A stretch of 60,407 nucleotides of DNA, counting the filler, from Platydemus manokwari (Eukaryota), in the NCBI GenBank assembly GCA_037951405.1. It is 5 parts of 5 records of this genome, joined end to end, with 100 filler letters (N's around TTAATTAATTAA, not from the genome) between each part and the next. Parts side by side here need not be neighbours in the genome. Positions count along the whole stretch, not along the records: positions 26,615 to 38,518 come from JBBMOY010401111.1; positions 38,619 to 49,088 come from JBBMOY011131329.1; 3 more parts are not named here. The stretch is one strand, 5' to 3'. The translations under genes were made by a program, and so were the position numbers. Position 1 is the stretch's first letter; each line of letters opens with the position of its first letter. Shown here piece by piece: positions 26,515 to 39,684 of the stretch. Below the pieces are notes generated by a model that was not told the origin of the DNA, made no database searches, and saw nothing but the letters and a program-made list of their open reading frames with translations.

Positions 26515-26614
26515 NNNNNNNNNNNNNNNNNNNNNNNNNNNNNNNNNNNNNNNNNNNNTTAATTAATTAANNNNNNNNNNNNNNNNNNNNNNNNNNNNNN
26601 NNNNNNNNNNNNNN
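26515..26614. other. Artificial gap/linker 2
   Basis: 44N-TTAATTAATTAA-44N. Confidence 0.98.
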
Positions 26615-27399
26615 TTGAAAAATGATATATACTGCGTTTGATAGCTTATATAAACACCTTTCTAAAAAAGTATTACCATACGACATTATATCCAAGCAAT
26701 ACTCCCAGCGACATCTTTTATCAAATCGAAATTTTAAGGTTATACACCCAATATATAACAAATTTTAAGTTCATAATAGAATTAATTAAGTACATTTCTT
26801 TTTATTATTAGATGTATTAATATTATTTATTAATATTGAATTCATTTATTTATTTTTGTCTTTGGATTTATTTTTTCATAGAAAAATACATCAAACTTAA
26901 TTTTTATCCAGAATTTATGAAATTCCTTTTTCCTCGGCATGTTTATCAACTTATTTTTTAAAGCAAAGATTTTTAATTAACACTTTTTATCTTATGTTTA
27001 TATCAAAACCATTCAGAATCATTTGCAAACCTAAAATTTTGAATACTTTACTTCTAGATGATTTACAACATTTTCTATAATTTACATACCACAAATTCCT
27101 TATCAGGATATCGTATATTCAACTTTAATAAAATAACATATCTTACTTTATTAATTTTGCGTTATCAATTATGTCATGGAGTTTTTCTAATGTAGCATAT
27201 GTTTTTAAAGACTAGTTATTCTTAGTACTCTTAAATTAAAAATAAAAATAAAGTAAAAGTCTACGAAATTCACTCATTCATTACGTAAAGGTATAATTAA
27301 ATGTTTGACATTCCTAGTGGAGTCTTTCAGTAAAATACTGTGCACATAAGGAATGCTGTTCTTCTGCACTGAATGGTCTTCCATTGTGCGTTAATTGAA

Positions 27400-28460
27400 C
27401 GTAAAATTAATGTTTATGAAAATCGATGCAACTGTGTCTTCAATAAAGTGAAATAGTGGAATTGTGGCAGTGTTCATTGTGATTGCTAACTTATATAGGT
27501 AGTGGTGAATCACTCAATTCTCTCCGGTGAATTATCTCCGATTAAATTTATTTTACAGAGAAATATTATCTGTTTAAATTTAATAGACTGAATATTATAT
27601 TCAGTGACTGAATTTAATGTGTGCGATAATAAGTGGCAATTTATTTGTCGATGTTATTGCTCGATAATAAATTGCGTACTGTTATTTTATAAATTAATTT
27701 ATTATTTAGGGAATTTAATGAGTTTTTCTTCAATGGGGATTTTCGGGTAATATTAATTTAGAAGTTTATAGATAATAATTATAATAAAAACTAATATATC
27801 ACATATTTGGAATTTTTCACATTTTTTCGATTTTATTTTTCGGTTGCGGATTTGACAGTATCATATGACAAAATGTACATACAACAATGTTTAGTGGTCT
27901 ACGTGATAAATTTGGTGTTTATATTTATTATGTCCTTGTTATCATTAAATTCACCTGTATTTAATATTATAATGATAATTATATGATATCTATTAAAGCC
28001 AATTTGCTAAAATGATTTTAGAAAATTACAATATTGGATATTTATAAAATTTATGTATTCTTATGAATATAGCTGTCGATAGATAATTCATAAATTTCAT
28101 TATAGGGCATAAATATTTAATGATCAACATAATATAATTTAATAATATCTGAAAATTCATTTAATACTTCCTTTATAAAAATGTATCCATAAATTTTACT
28201 TATTAAGGCACAATAACATTAACAAATAACTTGTCAATTATTATCGCACCTAATAAATAGTAGCAATAAATAAAAAATTTCTGGTCATTTAATTTAATCA
28301 CAGAGAATTTCTCTCTGTAATAAATTTAAATAAAGAGGATTTTTATCTGATAAAATAAATAAATAATAAAAATCCAAGGCATTAAAAAATACTTGTAGAG
28401 AATATCTACGAATGACTCATCGAGTAACAGTTATCTCATACACATTAATATGCAACAGGC
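27400..28460. repeat. Diverged inverted repeat pair (~27400-27670 versus ~28200-28460)
   Basis: GTGCGATAATAAGTGGCAATTTATTTGTCGATGTTATTG (~27621) aligns to the reverse complement of CAATAACATTAACAAATAACTTGTCAATTATTATCGCAC (~28211). The TTACAGAGA..TCTGT..TTAAATT block is also shared. Confidence 0.65.
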
Positions 28461-28659
28461 ACTTTTACAAAATCAAGAACGGCACAAAAAAGCTGACGAA
28501 CGACAGTAGAGGCTGTATAACCTAAATTGAATAGAAGAAAGAAGATTATCCCGAATCAAGAATTATTCATTCTACTAAAAGATTTAACATCAAGATGTGG
28601 TATTTATAAAATCATGTTACCATATTTATAACAAACTTATATCTTTCGCATCTTTAGGT

Positions 28660-30110
28660 TTAAGCTTTGTCTTGCAAAAGAGTTTTCTTCCCATCACTTT
28701 CCAAATTTGAATTGAAATTCTGTTTAAGTGAATAGAGGTACTGTTTAAACCATAATTTCAAAATGATTTTCATAATCATAAATTTTGTATCAGTGTTTAT
28801 AAAAAATAAAAATTAATTATTAAAAACCAAGTTGTGAGATACGCCCGAGCGAGCAAAAAATAAAATAAGACAAAAAAATTATAATAAAAATAAAATAAAT
28901 AAAATTTCAAAAAACATTCTTTATGTGTAATAAAGACATTGCAAAAATAAGAAACAAAGAAAACAATAATTTTAAAACATAAGAGCTTTGTACAAATAAG
29001 ACTTACAGGCTTAATGATAATGCCTCTAACATTAAGATAAATCAATATGCCCACAGCAATAAAACAAGTAAAAACTAGGCAAATAAAGAATGCTAACGCA
29101 TAAAGTCTGGCTCACAAAGAAATAAGATACTATATAAGTGGTCGATTTATAAGTTTGCAGATAATTTTCCGAGCGTAAATTTTTAAACAACTGAAATAAC
29201 ATTGAATTTGTGAAGCGATTATTTTGGATATTAAATTCTAAACTTCTTATGAACGTAATTTCTGAAGACCCTTATTAATTCTACATTTCAACCCATATTT
29301 GAAGAAACTTTTCACAGCTTTTATTTAACAACCAGACATAATTTTATTATTGTTAAAATGAACTCTACCTAAGGCTTTGTAAGCGGTTTTTTGGGAAACT
29401 TTTAACTTTTTTTCAAAAATAAACCTATCTTATTCCATCCAATAGTTATGAATGTTCGAGCACATTGGGTGATTTGACTGATAGGTAACTCCTACAGGGA
29501 TATGTTTCTGCGCAAGTGATAATTAAATATTTATTTCTGACAATATTTTTATCAATAGCAAACATAATTTATTATTTATTTATCATGCTAATTGATATAA
29601 AATTTTATATTTTGTAAAATTACAACAAAAACGAGATTAGATAAGTTAGAGAAACTTTAGATCTTTAGAGTCATAATATTATTCATAATATTATACGGTT
29701 ATCAGTCTAGTCGAACTCGTCATCACGAACTTTGAATCTCAACAATTCATTAAATCTTAAATAAATAATTACATAGTTCTTCTATTGTCAAAGCATCTTT
29801 TAGGTTGTGTCAATTTAAAAAGTTTAAACATAGAGCCAGTATACAGATTTTGACAAATAATGGTCGAAGGAGTACGAGATAATTTAGAAGACCAGTTAAA
29901 AGGTTTAAATTACCAATTATTAATAAATGTACTGTATAGCACCTCTCATCTCGTCTTCATATGTGCACTAGAATCGATCTAGATGAAAAAATATCAATTT
30001 TTTGAGCTTATTATTACCTGTGAGTCATCAGGACTTGCAGGCAATGATTACAGATGGCCGTACAAATAATATTTGTTATTATAATAAAACCAATAGGACC
30101 AAAAATGATA
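28660..30110 (-). pseudogene. Multi-exon disabled gene for a single-pass membrane protein, possibly with a C-type-lectin-like domain
   Basis: Phase-consistent exons: ~30110-30018 (..WSYWFYYNNKYYLYGHL*SLPASPDDSQ|GTAATA), 29507-29369 (KHIPVGVTYQSNHPMCSNIHNYWME*DRFIFEKKL...|GTAGAG), 29317-29244 (VKSFFKYGLKCR...RS*E|GTTTAG), 29190-29007 (one frameshift; TM segment LYALAFFICLVFTCFIAVGILIYL...KP|GTAAGT) and 28740-28660 (YLYSLKQ...QDKA*). Two of the introns are 51 and 53 nt. Confidence 0.5.
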
Positions 30111-30144
30111 TTTTATAAATTGATGATAAATAGAAAATGAAATT

Positions 30145-30215
30145 GATTTTGCTTAAAGAATAAAGGATTTTGCTTAAAGAATAAAGGATTTTGCTTAAAG
30201 AATAAAGGATTTTGC
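30145..30215. repeat. 21-bp tandem repeat, 3.4 copies
   Basis: GATTTTGCTTAAAGAATAAAG in three perfect copies plus GATTTTGC. Confidence 0.95.
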
Positions 30216-31182
30216 AAGCTAAAATCAAACTCAATACAATGTGATGGTTGTTTAATTAATATAGATTAATTGTCAGATATTAATTGGATCAGATGTCTTT
30301 GTAAATTTTTTAAATGGAGATTGGTGATTAAATACATGTAATTTTTCAAGATGGTGTTGTAACCAGAATATTTAAGATTACAGATACAAAATGAGGTCGA
30401 GTCTCAACGTTTTTATGAATAAGGGAATTAATGGATTAGAGAATTTGGAATTAAAACATATCTAATTTTAAAAAATTGAGAGCAAATAATGTGAAACATT
30501 AATTGTGTTCCGATATAAAATAACAATATTGTGACCATTTATAAGAACTTCACTATGTTTGTACTAAAATCAAAAGATAATTATAACTTGTAATGCCAAA
30601 CTTAATATTTTGTATATCAATTTTTATATTTTGTATGTCATATTAAAATAAGTTTCTGAAACTGAGTGTTTAGCTGAATGAGTTACATGAAAATAATAAT
30701 TCGTTTAATGACTAATTAAAATTGGCTAATACATTAAATTATGACTAATAAACCACAAATTATTAACTTTTTAATTTAAACATTAAGGTTATAGAGAAAT
30801 ATTTTCAAAATTAAATATTAAGATATTTAACATCTTTTGAAAACTTAATAATAGTTACTTTCAGTTAATTTTTTCAATATCTTTTTAAAATGAAATAATC
30901 ACACTAAATTACTGGTTATTTTATGAATTTGAATAAGACTTGTGCAAAGCAATAAATAAGTCAACATAAATATTTGAAACAACAAGAAAATTTTGATAAT
31001 AGTATTTATTAAATCACAAATATATTCAATTATTATTATTACTAATTAACAATAGTGTTTGTTTTACTAATTACAAAAGTAGAGAAAATTTAATAAGTAA
31101 GCAAATATAATTAATTTCATGATCTTTCTGAAGACTTTCATTAAATGTATCTCTAATCCTTTTCCATTTTAGTTTACTTTCA

Positions 31183-32939
31183 ATGCCATTATCAAGTAAG
31201 TCACGCATTTATGCAGATGCTAATTTAAATAGACCAAAGGAATATTATAGTTACCATCAAACAGAATTAGAATGGGGGTAATTATATACTATAAACATTT
31301 TAATTCAAAGATTTTGATTTTAGTTCCCCTGATGATTATCAAATAGTTCGTAAAATTGGTAGGGGTAAATACAGTGAAGTGTTTGCTGGTGTTCGGTTTT
31401 CCACGAATGAGGAAGTCGTAATTAAAGTTTTGAAAGTAATGTCTTTTAATGAATACCAAACATAGATAATTATTTGGTAATTTTTGACCATTTCAGCCAG
31501 TTAAAAAAGATAAGATCAAAAGAGAAATCAAAATATTGCAAAATCTTAAAGGTTGTATTAACATTATTACTCTGGAAGATATCGTGCGAGATCCGATGGT
31601 AATTATTGATTATTATGAACAGCTTCAAAAATGTATACTAAATAAATATCTATTTGTATTGTATGAACATATTATTTAAGTACGGCCTCTGCTAATTATA
31701 TGGATATGAATTGAAATCACACATTGTACTGGTCTTTGAACTAAATAATATTTAAATATTCGATTTGATTGGAATATTTAAATATATAAATTCCATCGAT
31801 AGTTTTTGAATAGTAATAATTTTGGGCATATTCTATTCATTTAGTGTATATTTATAATGTTGACAATGAATCTCTATGAAATTTGAAATTGATTAATTTT
31901 TTTTGGCAAATTTCCAGTCCAATACGCCTGCATTGATATTCGAGTACGTAGACAATACGGATTTTAAGGATCTTTATCCGACATTGTCTGACTATGACAT
32001 CAGATATTACATTTTCGAGTTGCTCAAGGCATTGAATTGTTGTCACTCGATGGGAATCATGCACCGCGATGTAAAACCCCACAATGTCATGATTGATCAT
32101 CAGCGAAGAAAGGTTATTAGTTTCACTTATTATTTATTATTAGCTTGTCTCTCTTCCAATAAGTCAAACAATATGTGATAATGTTACTAATACTTATTTG
32201 TGATTGATGACATTTGAAAACATTATTTATTGTTAATAATGAATTGATTTTAAAGCTCCGTCTAATCGATTGGGGACTTGCTGAATTCTACCATCCTGGA
32301 GAAGAATACAATGTTCGTGTGGCATCGCGATACTTCAAAGGCCCCGAATTATTGCTTGATTATCAGATGTACGATTATTCACTCGACATGTGGTCCCTCG
32401 GTTGTATGCTTGCCAGCATCATTTTCAAGAAGGAACCATTCTTCCGTGGTCATAATAACTACGATCAGCTCGCACGGATCGCCAAAGTGCTCGGTACCGA
32501 TGATTTGTATGCTTATATTCACAAATACGAAATTGAGCTTGATCCAAAGTAAAAATCAATCTTTGATCATTGATAGTTGTGATGATTTATTGATGTCGCT
32601 CAATTTGATCAGGTATAACGAGATTCTCGGTCGACACTCAAGGAAACGATGGGAGAGATTTGTTAATGTTGACAATCAGCATCTGATATCAAACGAGGCT
32701 CTGGATTTCCTGGACAAATTATTGCGATACGATCACCAGGAACGTATTACATCAAAAGAGGCTTTGGAACATAATTATTTTTATACAATCGTCCAGGAAC
32801 AGAGTGGTATGGCTGCAGGAGCGATAACAATGGTTTCGGGTGATTTGAAGGTAATTTTGACCCGCTTCAACGTTGTACGCGTTGCATTGGGATTGGTTTG
32901 TATCTACCAATATTAATTTGCTTTATTTAGATGGAGTAG
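31183..32939 (+). CDS. CSNK2A: Casein kinase II catalytic (alpha) subunit, 7 coding exons
   Basis: Exons 31183-31277, 31324-31435, 31497-31598, 31918-32112, 32256-32548, 32613-32850 and 32931-32939, all GT-AG and in phase. Motifs [45 protein letters not shown] and [12 protein letters not shown] are CK2alpha hallmarks. The last micro-exon (ME*) is less certain; read-through of intron 6 would end at 32916. Confidence 0.96.
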
Positions 32940-34927
32940 ACGATTGAGCACGCAGGATCGCGAAATGATCGAAGAGATTGGCGACTATTCCGACTGTTAT
33001 AGACAACAATATACTATATTTATGTGCGTCACTGCATCTGCGTTAGTGAATGAGCTTTCGTGTTGTTTATTTTGAACACGAGCTTCTCTATTAGAATATT
33101 TTTATGACTAGAAGTAGCCATTGGTGGTTTCATCGCGTTGATTTGCTCAACCACGCGTCTCCTGCACATTCACTCGCGTCCTGCCAGACAATGTGTGTTC
33201 TACTCCGTTTCTTCTGTATTTTTAATCATGTTTTTTCTCCTGCCTCAGTTCCGATAATGTTGTAATGATTTGCGGTTTGACATTGGACTAATCTTGTAAT
33301 TATGCAGCAGCTATTACTACTACCTTATAAATATTGATCTATAATCCCATTGTTTTACACACTATTTTAGGGGGTCGCCATTGGCATTATTATATCTGTG
33401 CTACACACATCGTTGCGCCCAGTTGTGTCATAGTTACATTTTAATTTTACCTCTTGGCTCGTTCACTTGCCATCACTGTGACGGTGCCGCTTGCAATTTG
33501 TTTTGGTCCATCGATTTTTTAGTTTTGTCGAGCTCTATTTTCCTATTTGGAAATAAATTTGATATAGAAAAATTACTGAATATTTGTCTTAGTGGTAGAA
33601 GCTTACCGGCAAATTCTCAGTTCAACAGTGCGATTGTAGAGTTTTATGCACAATCGATTTTTATTTTTTATTAAATATCTTCTCTACAGGTTTAACGCAT
33701 TAATTATTATGAAATAGTTTTATTGTTATAAATATCATTTCATCGTTTTTTGTCATTTTCATTCCCGATTTATTGTTGTTTTTCATAGTATATTTGATCA
33801 AGCCTTCCATTGGCCTTTTATCTGAAATTATAAATGATATCAAAATGATAACAATGCGCATGTGTGTCTATATTTTATTCTCAGATTTTTAATTTCTTTT
33901 CACACTATATTCTTTCATTTTTTCTTTTGTGTAGGAAATTTTAATATTAATTTGTATTTTAATATTAATTTACTCAACTTTCGTTAAAATTTGGATAGTA
34001 TGTCCAGCTGTAAGTCCATCGTTCTTGGAGTCTACTTTCTTATGAATAATATTGATATTCTTTTCTATTTGCTCGTTCATTTAAAAGGGTTTATTTTATG
34101 GTTTTTCTAAATTACATAATTATTATAAAATGCGTGCTGACATTTTTTCTTTGGGGGAAATCCAATTATCTCACATTTAGTTCGTCTAAATTTTAACTGT
34201 TATTTTAAATATCTAAATTTTTAAGGTGATTGGCATAGTTCTATTGGAGGTTGAGTTTAGAAGCACGTTTTGAAATAATAGTTATTAATTAATATAACAT
34301 CTGTTATGCTTATTCGTTTTAAGATATATTTAGCTAACATATTATGATCGTTAATAGCAACATTTGTATTTTATTAAATGAAATTAGAATGATGCTGGAA
34401 ATTTGATTATTATAGTAAGATTATTAGAAAAAATGCTGCTGTTATATTGATTCCGTAAAATATGAAGTTATAAATGATAATTAAGAAGATTAAAAATATT
34501 GATTTAACAATTTCTATGGTAATATCTCTTCATAATTCGATGATAATATCATCAAACATTGATGTAATTTAAATTTGGTTGATTTTGCACACTTCACTAT
34601 TATTCAGTGATACCAGAATTGGAGCCAAAGGTCATTTCTGTAACTTATTTTTAATGAATCGCGTTTTGACGAATAAATTTTAATTGGCAAAATTCCACAC
34701 AAATCGTACACATTATTTATGATATTTATTTGTCAAAATTGTTTTGAACTTTATTTTAAATTATTATAAATATACAAATAATTAGATTCTTTGAAGGGTT
34801 GCATTCACTTCTTTGTTTTCTGTAATGAATTGTATGAAGAATATTAAATTTTAAATGAATTAGAGGAAATTAATATTTCGTTAATGTCATTTTTCACATA
34901 TTGCAGAAAAAGTTATTGCATTATATA

Positions 34928-35505
34928 CCGTGCGATTCATAAATCTCCGTCTCTAAAACTAAAATAAAACAACACTAAGAACAAACTAAATGTATCGAGT
35001 TACTTTAATGCACAACAAAATACAATAAAAGTAAGAACAAATAACGATAAATAAAAAGCAATTTCATAGCAACTGTTTTTGTGTCAACATTCTCTTATAC
35101 AAAATTTACCATCTTTTCCTTCATGATTTCATCAGACGGTCTTCCTGATCGCAACCTAGTAAATAAATTTCCAGTTTCTTCAAACTTCTGTCTCTACTGT
35201 TGCACTGTTGTCCTAGCTGGAGGTGCACGATTGAAATGATGTTGAAATTCTTGGCAAGCTTCGGCACTACTCTGGTACACTATTGCGTGACTAACTATAA
35301 ACACTATCCGCAATCGAAAAATTAACATCAACAGTTGCTTCCCCCATATTTTAATAATGTAACTGATTAATAAGAAATAAGAAATAAATTACATTAATCA
35401 GTGAATAATAATTAATATCAATAAGTACAAATATGTGAGTATAAATTATATTGTGTTTTGTTGTTTTATTTTATTTTTAGAAACGGAGACTTATGCATCG
35501 CTTGA
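34928..35505 (-). mobile_element. Internally deleted rosa-like Tc1/mariner element, copy B
   Basis: TA + CCGTGCGATTCATAAATCTCCGTCTCTAAAA at the left end, and a degenerate inverted copy ending at 35505 + TA. The internal sequence is the reverse complement of the copy A transposase 5' region (QEFQHHFNRAPPARTTVQQ*RQKFEETGNLFTRLRSGRP). Confidence 0.85.
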
Positions 35506-38500
35506 TATTTATATTTACAATGTATGAAAAACATTGTCAAGCTGTAACCGTAGACGTAGAATTATTATAACTGCATAGCTAGAATAGTCTTTAGATTTTT
35601 CAGTCAAATAATTGCTAATAGCGTGGTCCTTAATACCCGCTATTTCAGTCTCTTAAGAGCCTGTGAATAAAAAGAAAAGTTACAATAATCATAACCAAAC
35701 CGAGAAAACACGAATACACACCAAACAAATAATATAATATTAGAACTATATATATGACATATTATTTTATAAATTTATAGGTGCCTCGCTTGTACTTAAG
35801 ATATGGATGTTTATCCAAGAAATAAAGTTAATGAATTGCAAATAATGATAAGTTTCTAGGATCAGTTACTATTTTCAAATATAACCGCTCTACTATCATC
35901 ATCACATTAAATCAATATTCTTTAATATTTGTAAATAATATATTTAGCATTGTTCTAGATTATAATATAAGAGATTTAAATTTTGAAGTTTATAATAACT
36001 AATGAGTTTAACTAGTTAGAAGGTGTTGGTATATAGACTAATCCGAATCTTTATAAGCCATCTGAACCTTTATAAATAAATGTACCGTGACTCCGATGAA
36101 GATAATCTCAATAACTCGAATCAATTTTTCAATTCAGTCAATAGCCCCAATGAAAAATAAATAAAAATTATTAATTTAGGCCGATTTGTAAAATAATTTT
36201 AAAATCCAATACGAAAAAAGAAAATAATAAACAAAAACGACTATTCAGAATCTGTCCTATAAAATACTATATAAGAAATGGAAAAATCACAAATTTCACT
36301 CTTACAACAACTCCGATCAGGCATCTACACGATAATAAACGAGAATATCGACGGAGATAAAAGTGTGAACGTCTGAATAATTAGTAAAAAGAAATAAATC
36401 AAGGTGTGACATTTGAACATTTAGTAAAAGGGGATTAATAAAGTTATAAAATATATTATAAAGTCTATATTAATATATAAAAATATAAAATATCAACGCA
36501 AAGGAGGTTCGGTATCTGAGCCTTCTCTTGTTGAAAAATCTTTCTTAATCTGTGTGCTGTGAAATTTTGAATATTGTTTGATTGTACAAATAAGTTTGTT
36601 TGAACAATTCAAAGTTAAAGGGATTTTATAATATTTGTAGTTGCATTAGGAAATTTGCTTTTTGTAAATTTGTTATCATAGAAAATAAATCTTATCGTTA
36701 TCATAGTTGCATTTATTTATCGTGTTATTGATTATAATTATAAGAGCACGCACCTCCTGGATTGAGATTACACTTCAACCGGTGATATCGAAATCAAACT
36801 TGTATATACACATTAAAAATACCTAATAACTGCAACATAAAAATGTTGGTTTCGACAATTCCTGGGCAGGAATCACAAAAAGTTAAAAGAGTCAAATAAT
36901 TGTTATTCCTCCTGGATTGTAAGCTTCGATAGGAAGTTGATTGAGATGATTGAGGTTTGATCTTCTGATATGGCGAAGATAAAGATGATATTGTTAAACT
37001 TGATCCTGCTCTTTAACATGATGAAGAAAAAAATCAGTAAGTGGAAGATATCCAACAGGCGGATTTATTGAACCGTGGAAATTTTAATTTTAATCCTAAT
37101 CAATTGCGCGGAGTAAGATTTTTGTATCTTTATTTAATAGCTAATTCCCATATAATTACTAATTAATTGTTAATTTAAATTTAAACATTAACTGCCAACA
37201 CACTTCCTTCATCTTCTTCGTCCGTTTTCGGATTCCCAGTAATCCAGTTTCAATATTGTTTACTAAAATAGTTTTTGTTCATTTTTAGTGTTAAATAATG
37301 TACATCATTTTTCTTAATAAACTTATTTTCACTAGATAACTGCCTTTCATGGTGATGTGTTTCGGGCTTGTTTATTAACTTTATCTTATCAGTCTAAATA
37401 TCTCTTTTAATTTATTACTGTGGGTCAATGCCGTCTCGACCAGACTCAATAGGTTCTAACCAAGCCAAGGTACAATCTATAAAACCTTAATTTACTACTT
37501 ACTATCTTCGAATCGCAATCAATACTATTCGATGATAGTATGATTGTCAGCAATGATCCAAAAAAATATTTTTCACTATCAGTCTCAAACTTTTACCATT
37601 TTACAACTATATTATATATTCTATCAAATCAATAACTATTGCATACAGTACGTTTTATTGTTATACAAATTTACTCCAAATATAAAAAATTACAAATTTG
37701 CTATTTTAAAACTACAATATACAATGATAAAAATACACTTAAACGATGACTCTGCAATTCTGGAAATAAGCAACGGTTGCAAACTTCAACTCAAGAAGCC
37801 GAACCAATACTCGGAAGAGGTTTTTGGGAGATAAAACTTTATAATATGACGATATACGATACAATATATAGTACTGATTATTATTTTACACAATTAGTCT
37901 GACTCACTTGACTTGAATGATAAATTAATATAATGGCTGAGGCTGGAGAGCGAGTTCAATGTCTCGAAGGCTTGTATAACAAATACGTATACCGAATGAA
38001 TATCGAAGAGTTCACGATAAATATGCTTCCTAGTGATTTCAGTAAATTATGGGCTTAGTAGTTTGTGATAATGGGCGAGTTGTGTTGTTTTCAACTCCTT
38101 TAATATACCTTTTTATGTCGGAGCTCATAATAATCCCGATTAAAATATATTTCGATACAATATTATAAATATCCAATACATTTATTAAATATTGTTAGAA
38201 TAATATTTTCCAAGGGTTCATTTATTCCAGCCATTATATTTAACCGTTAATATATTTAGAAAATATCATTTTAAAATACCAAAATAATTATCACGCAATA
38301 CTATAAATTATTTATTTCCAGAATTTTACATCAGAATAAAAATATAAAATAGTCGCTACATTTCGATATTCCATACAAGAATAAATAAATGTTCCAATTT
38401 ATCCCTACAGTAAATAAAATTGGGCATTATTAAAAAATTTTACAAACATTTTACGTTTGCATTTTTATATCAACTAAAAATTATCAGCAAAAAAAATTAC

Positions 38501-38518
38501 AACATATATCCTAATTAT

Positions 38519-38618
38519 NNNNNNNNNNNNNNNNNNNNNNNNNNNNNNNNNNNNNNNNNNNNTTAATTAATTAANNNNNNNNNNNNNNNNNNNNNNNNNN
38601 NNNNNNNNNNNNNNNNNN
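38519..38618. other. Artificial gap/linker 3
   Basis: 44N-TTAATTAATTAA-44N. Confidence 0.98.
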
Positions 38619-39550
38619 ATGAAATTTGACCGTTACATTTCAATTTAAAATAAGCGGGTTTATCGGTTCATTCAAATAATATTTTCAGGTTAATATTATC
38701 ATCTTTGACATCATTGTCAAATTTGATGTCAATATCTTCATTACTTGAAAAGTTACGCTTGTCATTATCAAAATAAAAAAAAATGTTTTTTTCGATTTAC
38801 ACAATGTCTGAAGTTGCATTAGATTTGGCTTGCGGAATCCCTGAGATTACCAGAATATATTGAAAACAAGGGCTTATGAATGTTCGAATATTTTCAAATG
38901 CTTTCTAGAACTTTTTGACGAAGAACAACATGCAAGACAACCATAAACATCAGAATGTCAAGAAAATAAAAGTTTGCTGATCTAAAATCATCTATTGACA
39001 ACTAGGTACTTGGCACTGTAGATATTTCATTTGGATCAGTTCAGACTATTTTAAAAGATATTTTCTACCTTAAACGAGTTTGGTTCCTTCTGACTAAGAT
39101 TCGTGGAAAAAGCGCTTCATGTTAATGTCTGTAAAACAATTATTCCTGACTCATCCGGACGCATCACTTAGATCTATATCTTTAAGCCAAAACAATCGAC
39201 TAATTGTGCGAATATTTGCCAAAGGTGATTCGAAACCGAAAAAATGTTATGCATTATGAATTCAGTTAACCTCGTTTTACAACTAAAATATTCGTTCGAT
39301 TTAGCACTGTGTGACTTGCTATTCAATGAAGTGTTGACTCTATTGATGAGATAAAAATCGAATCGATAAAGGTGTTGAAAGCTTTTTCTAAAATCGATTT
39401 TAGCAATTGATCCTAGAATTGGAAAAGACTTTGGCGTAAGCATTTTGAGGTGATGGGAAATTATTTTGAAGTCGATGAAACTAATTTGGAAGAATGAATA
39501 AATCTTTTTTATTTCATTACAAAATTTCTGGCCATATTTGATGACAGTAG
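38619..39550 (+). mobile_element. Heavily decayed mariner (DD34D-type) element
   Basis: Broken transposase remnants KTRAYEC..., DISFGSVQTILKD..LKRV and the C-terminal NWKRLWRKHFEVMGNYFEVDE (cf. WKKRW.KC...G.YFEGD). Ends in a TIR-like ...ATTTGATGACAGTAG. Confidence 0.7.
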
Positions 39551-39684
39551 CAACATCATCATATTAAATCGTATTAATTAAATTATTTCTTTTGTTTATT
39601 CGCATCGCCAGGAGATGTTAATCGATAAATTACTAACTTAATTCTAATTATGTATCGGAAAGTCATATCATCAATAATTCACAG

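Noticed and set aside
31852-32100. Minus-strand ORF overlapping CK2 exon 4, and plus-strand ORFs 55571-55783 and 55719-56075 overlapping ITPR exons
   Set aside because: They are antisense shadows of real coding exons.
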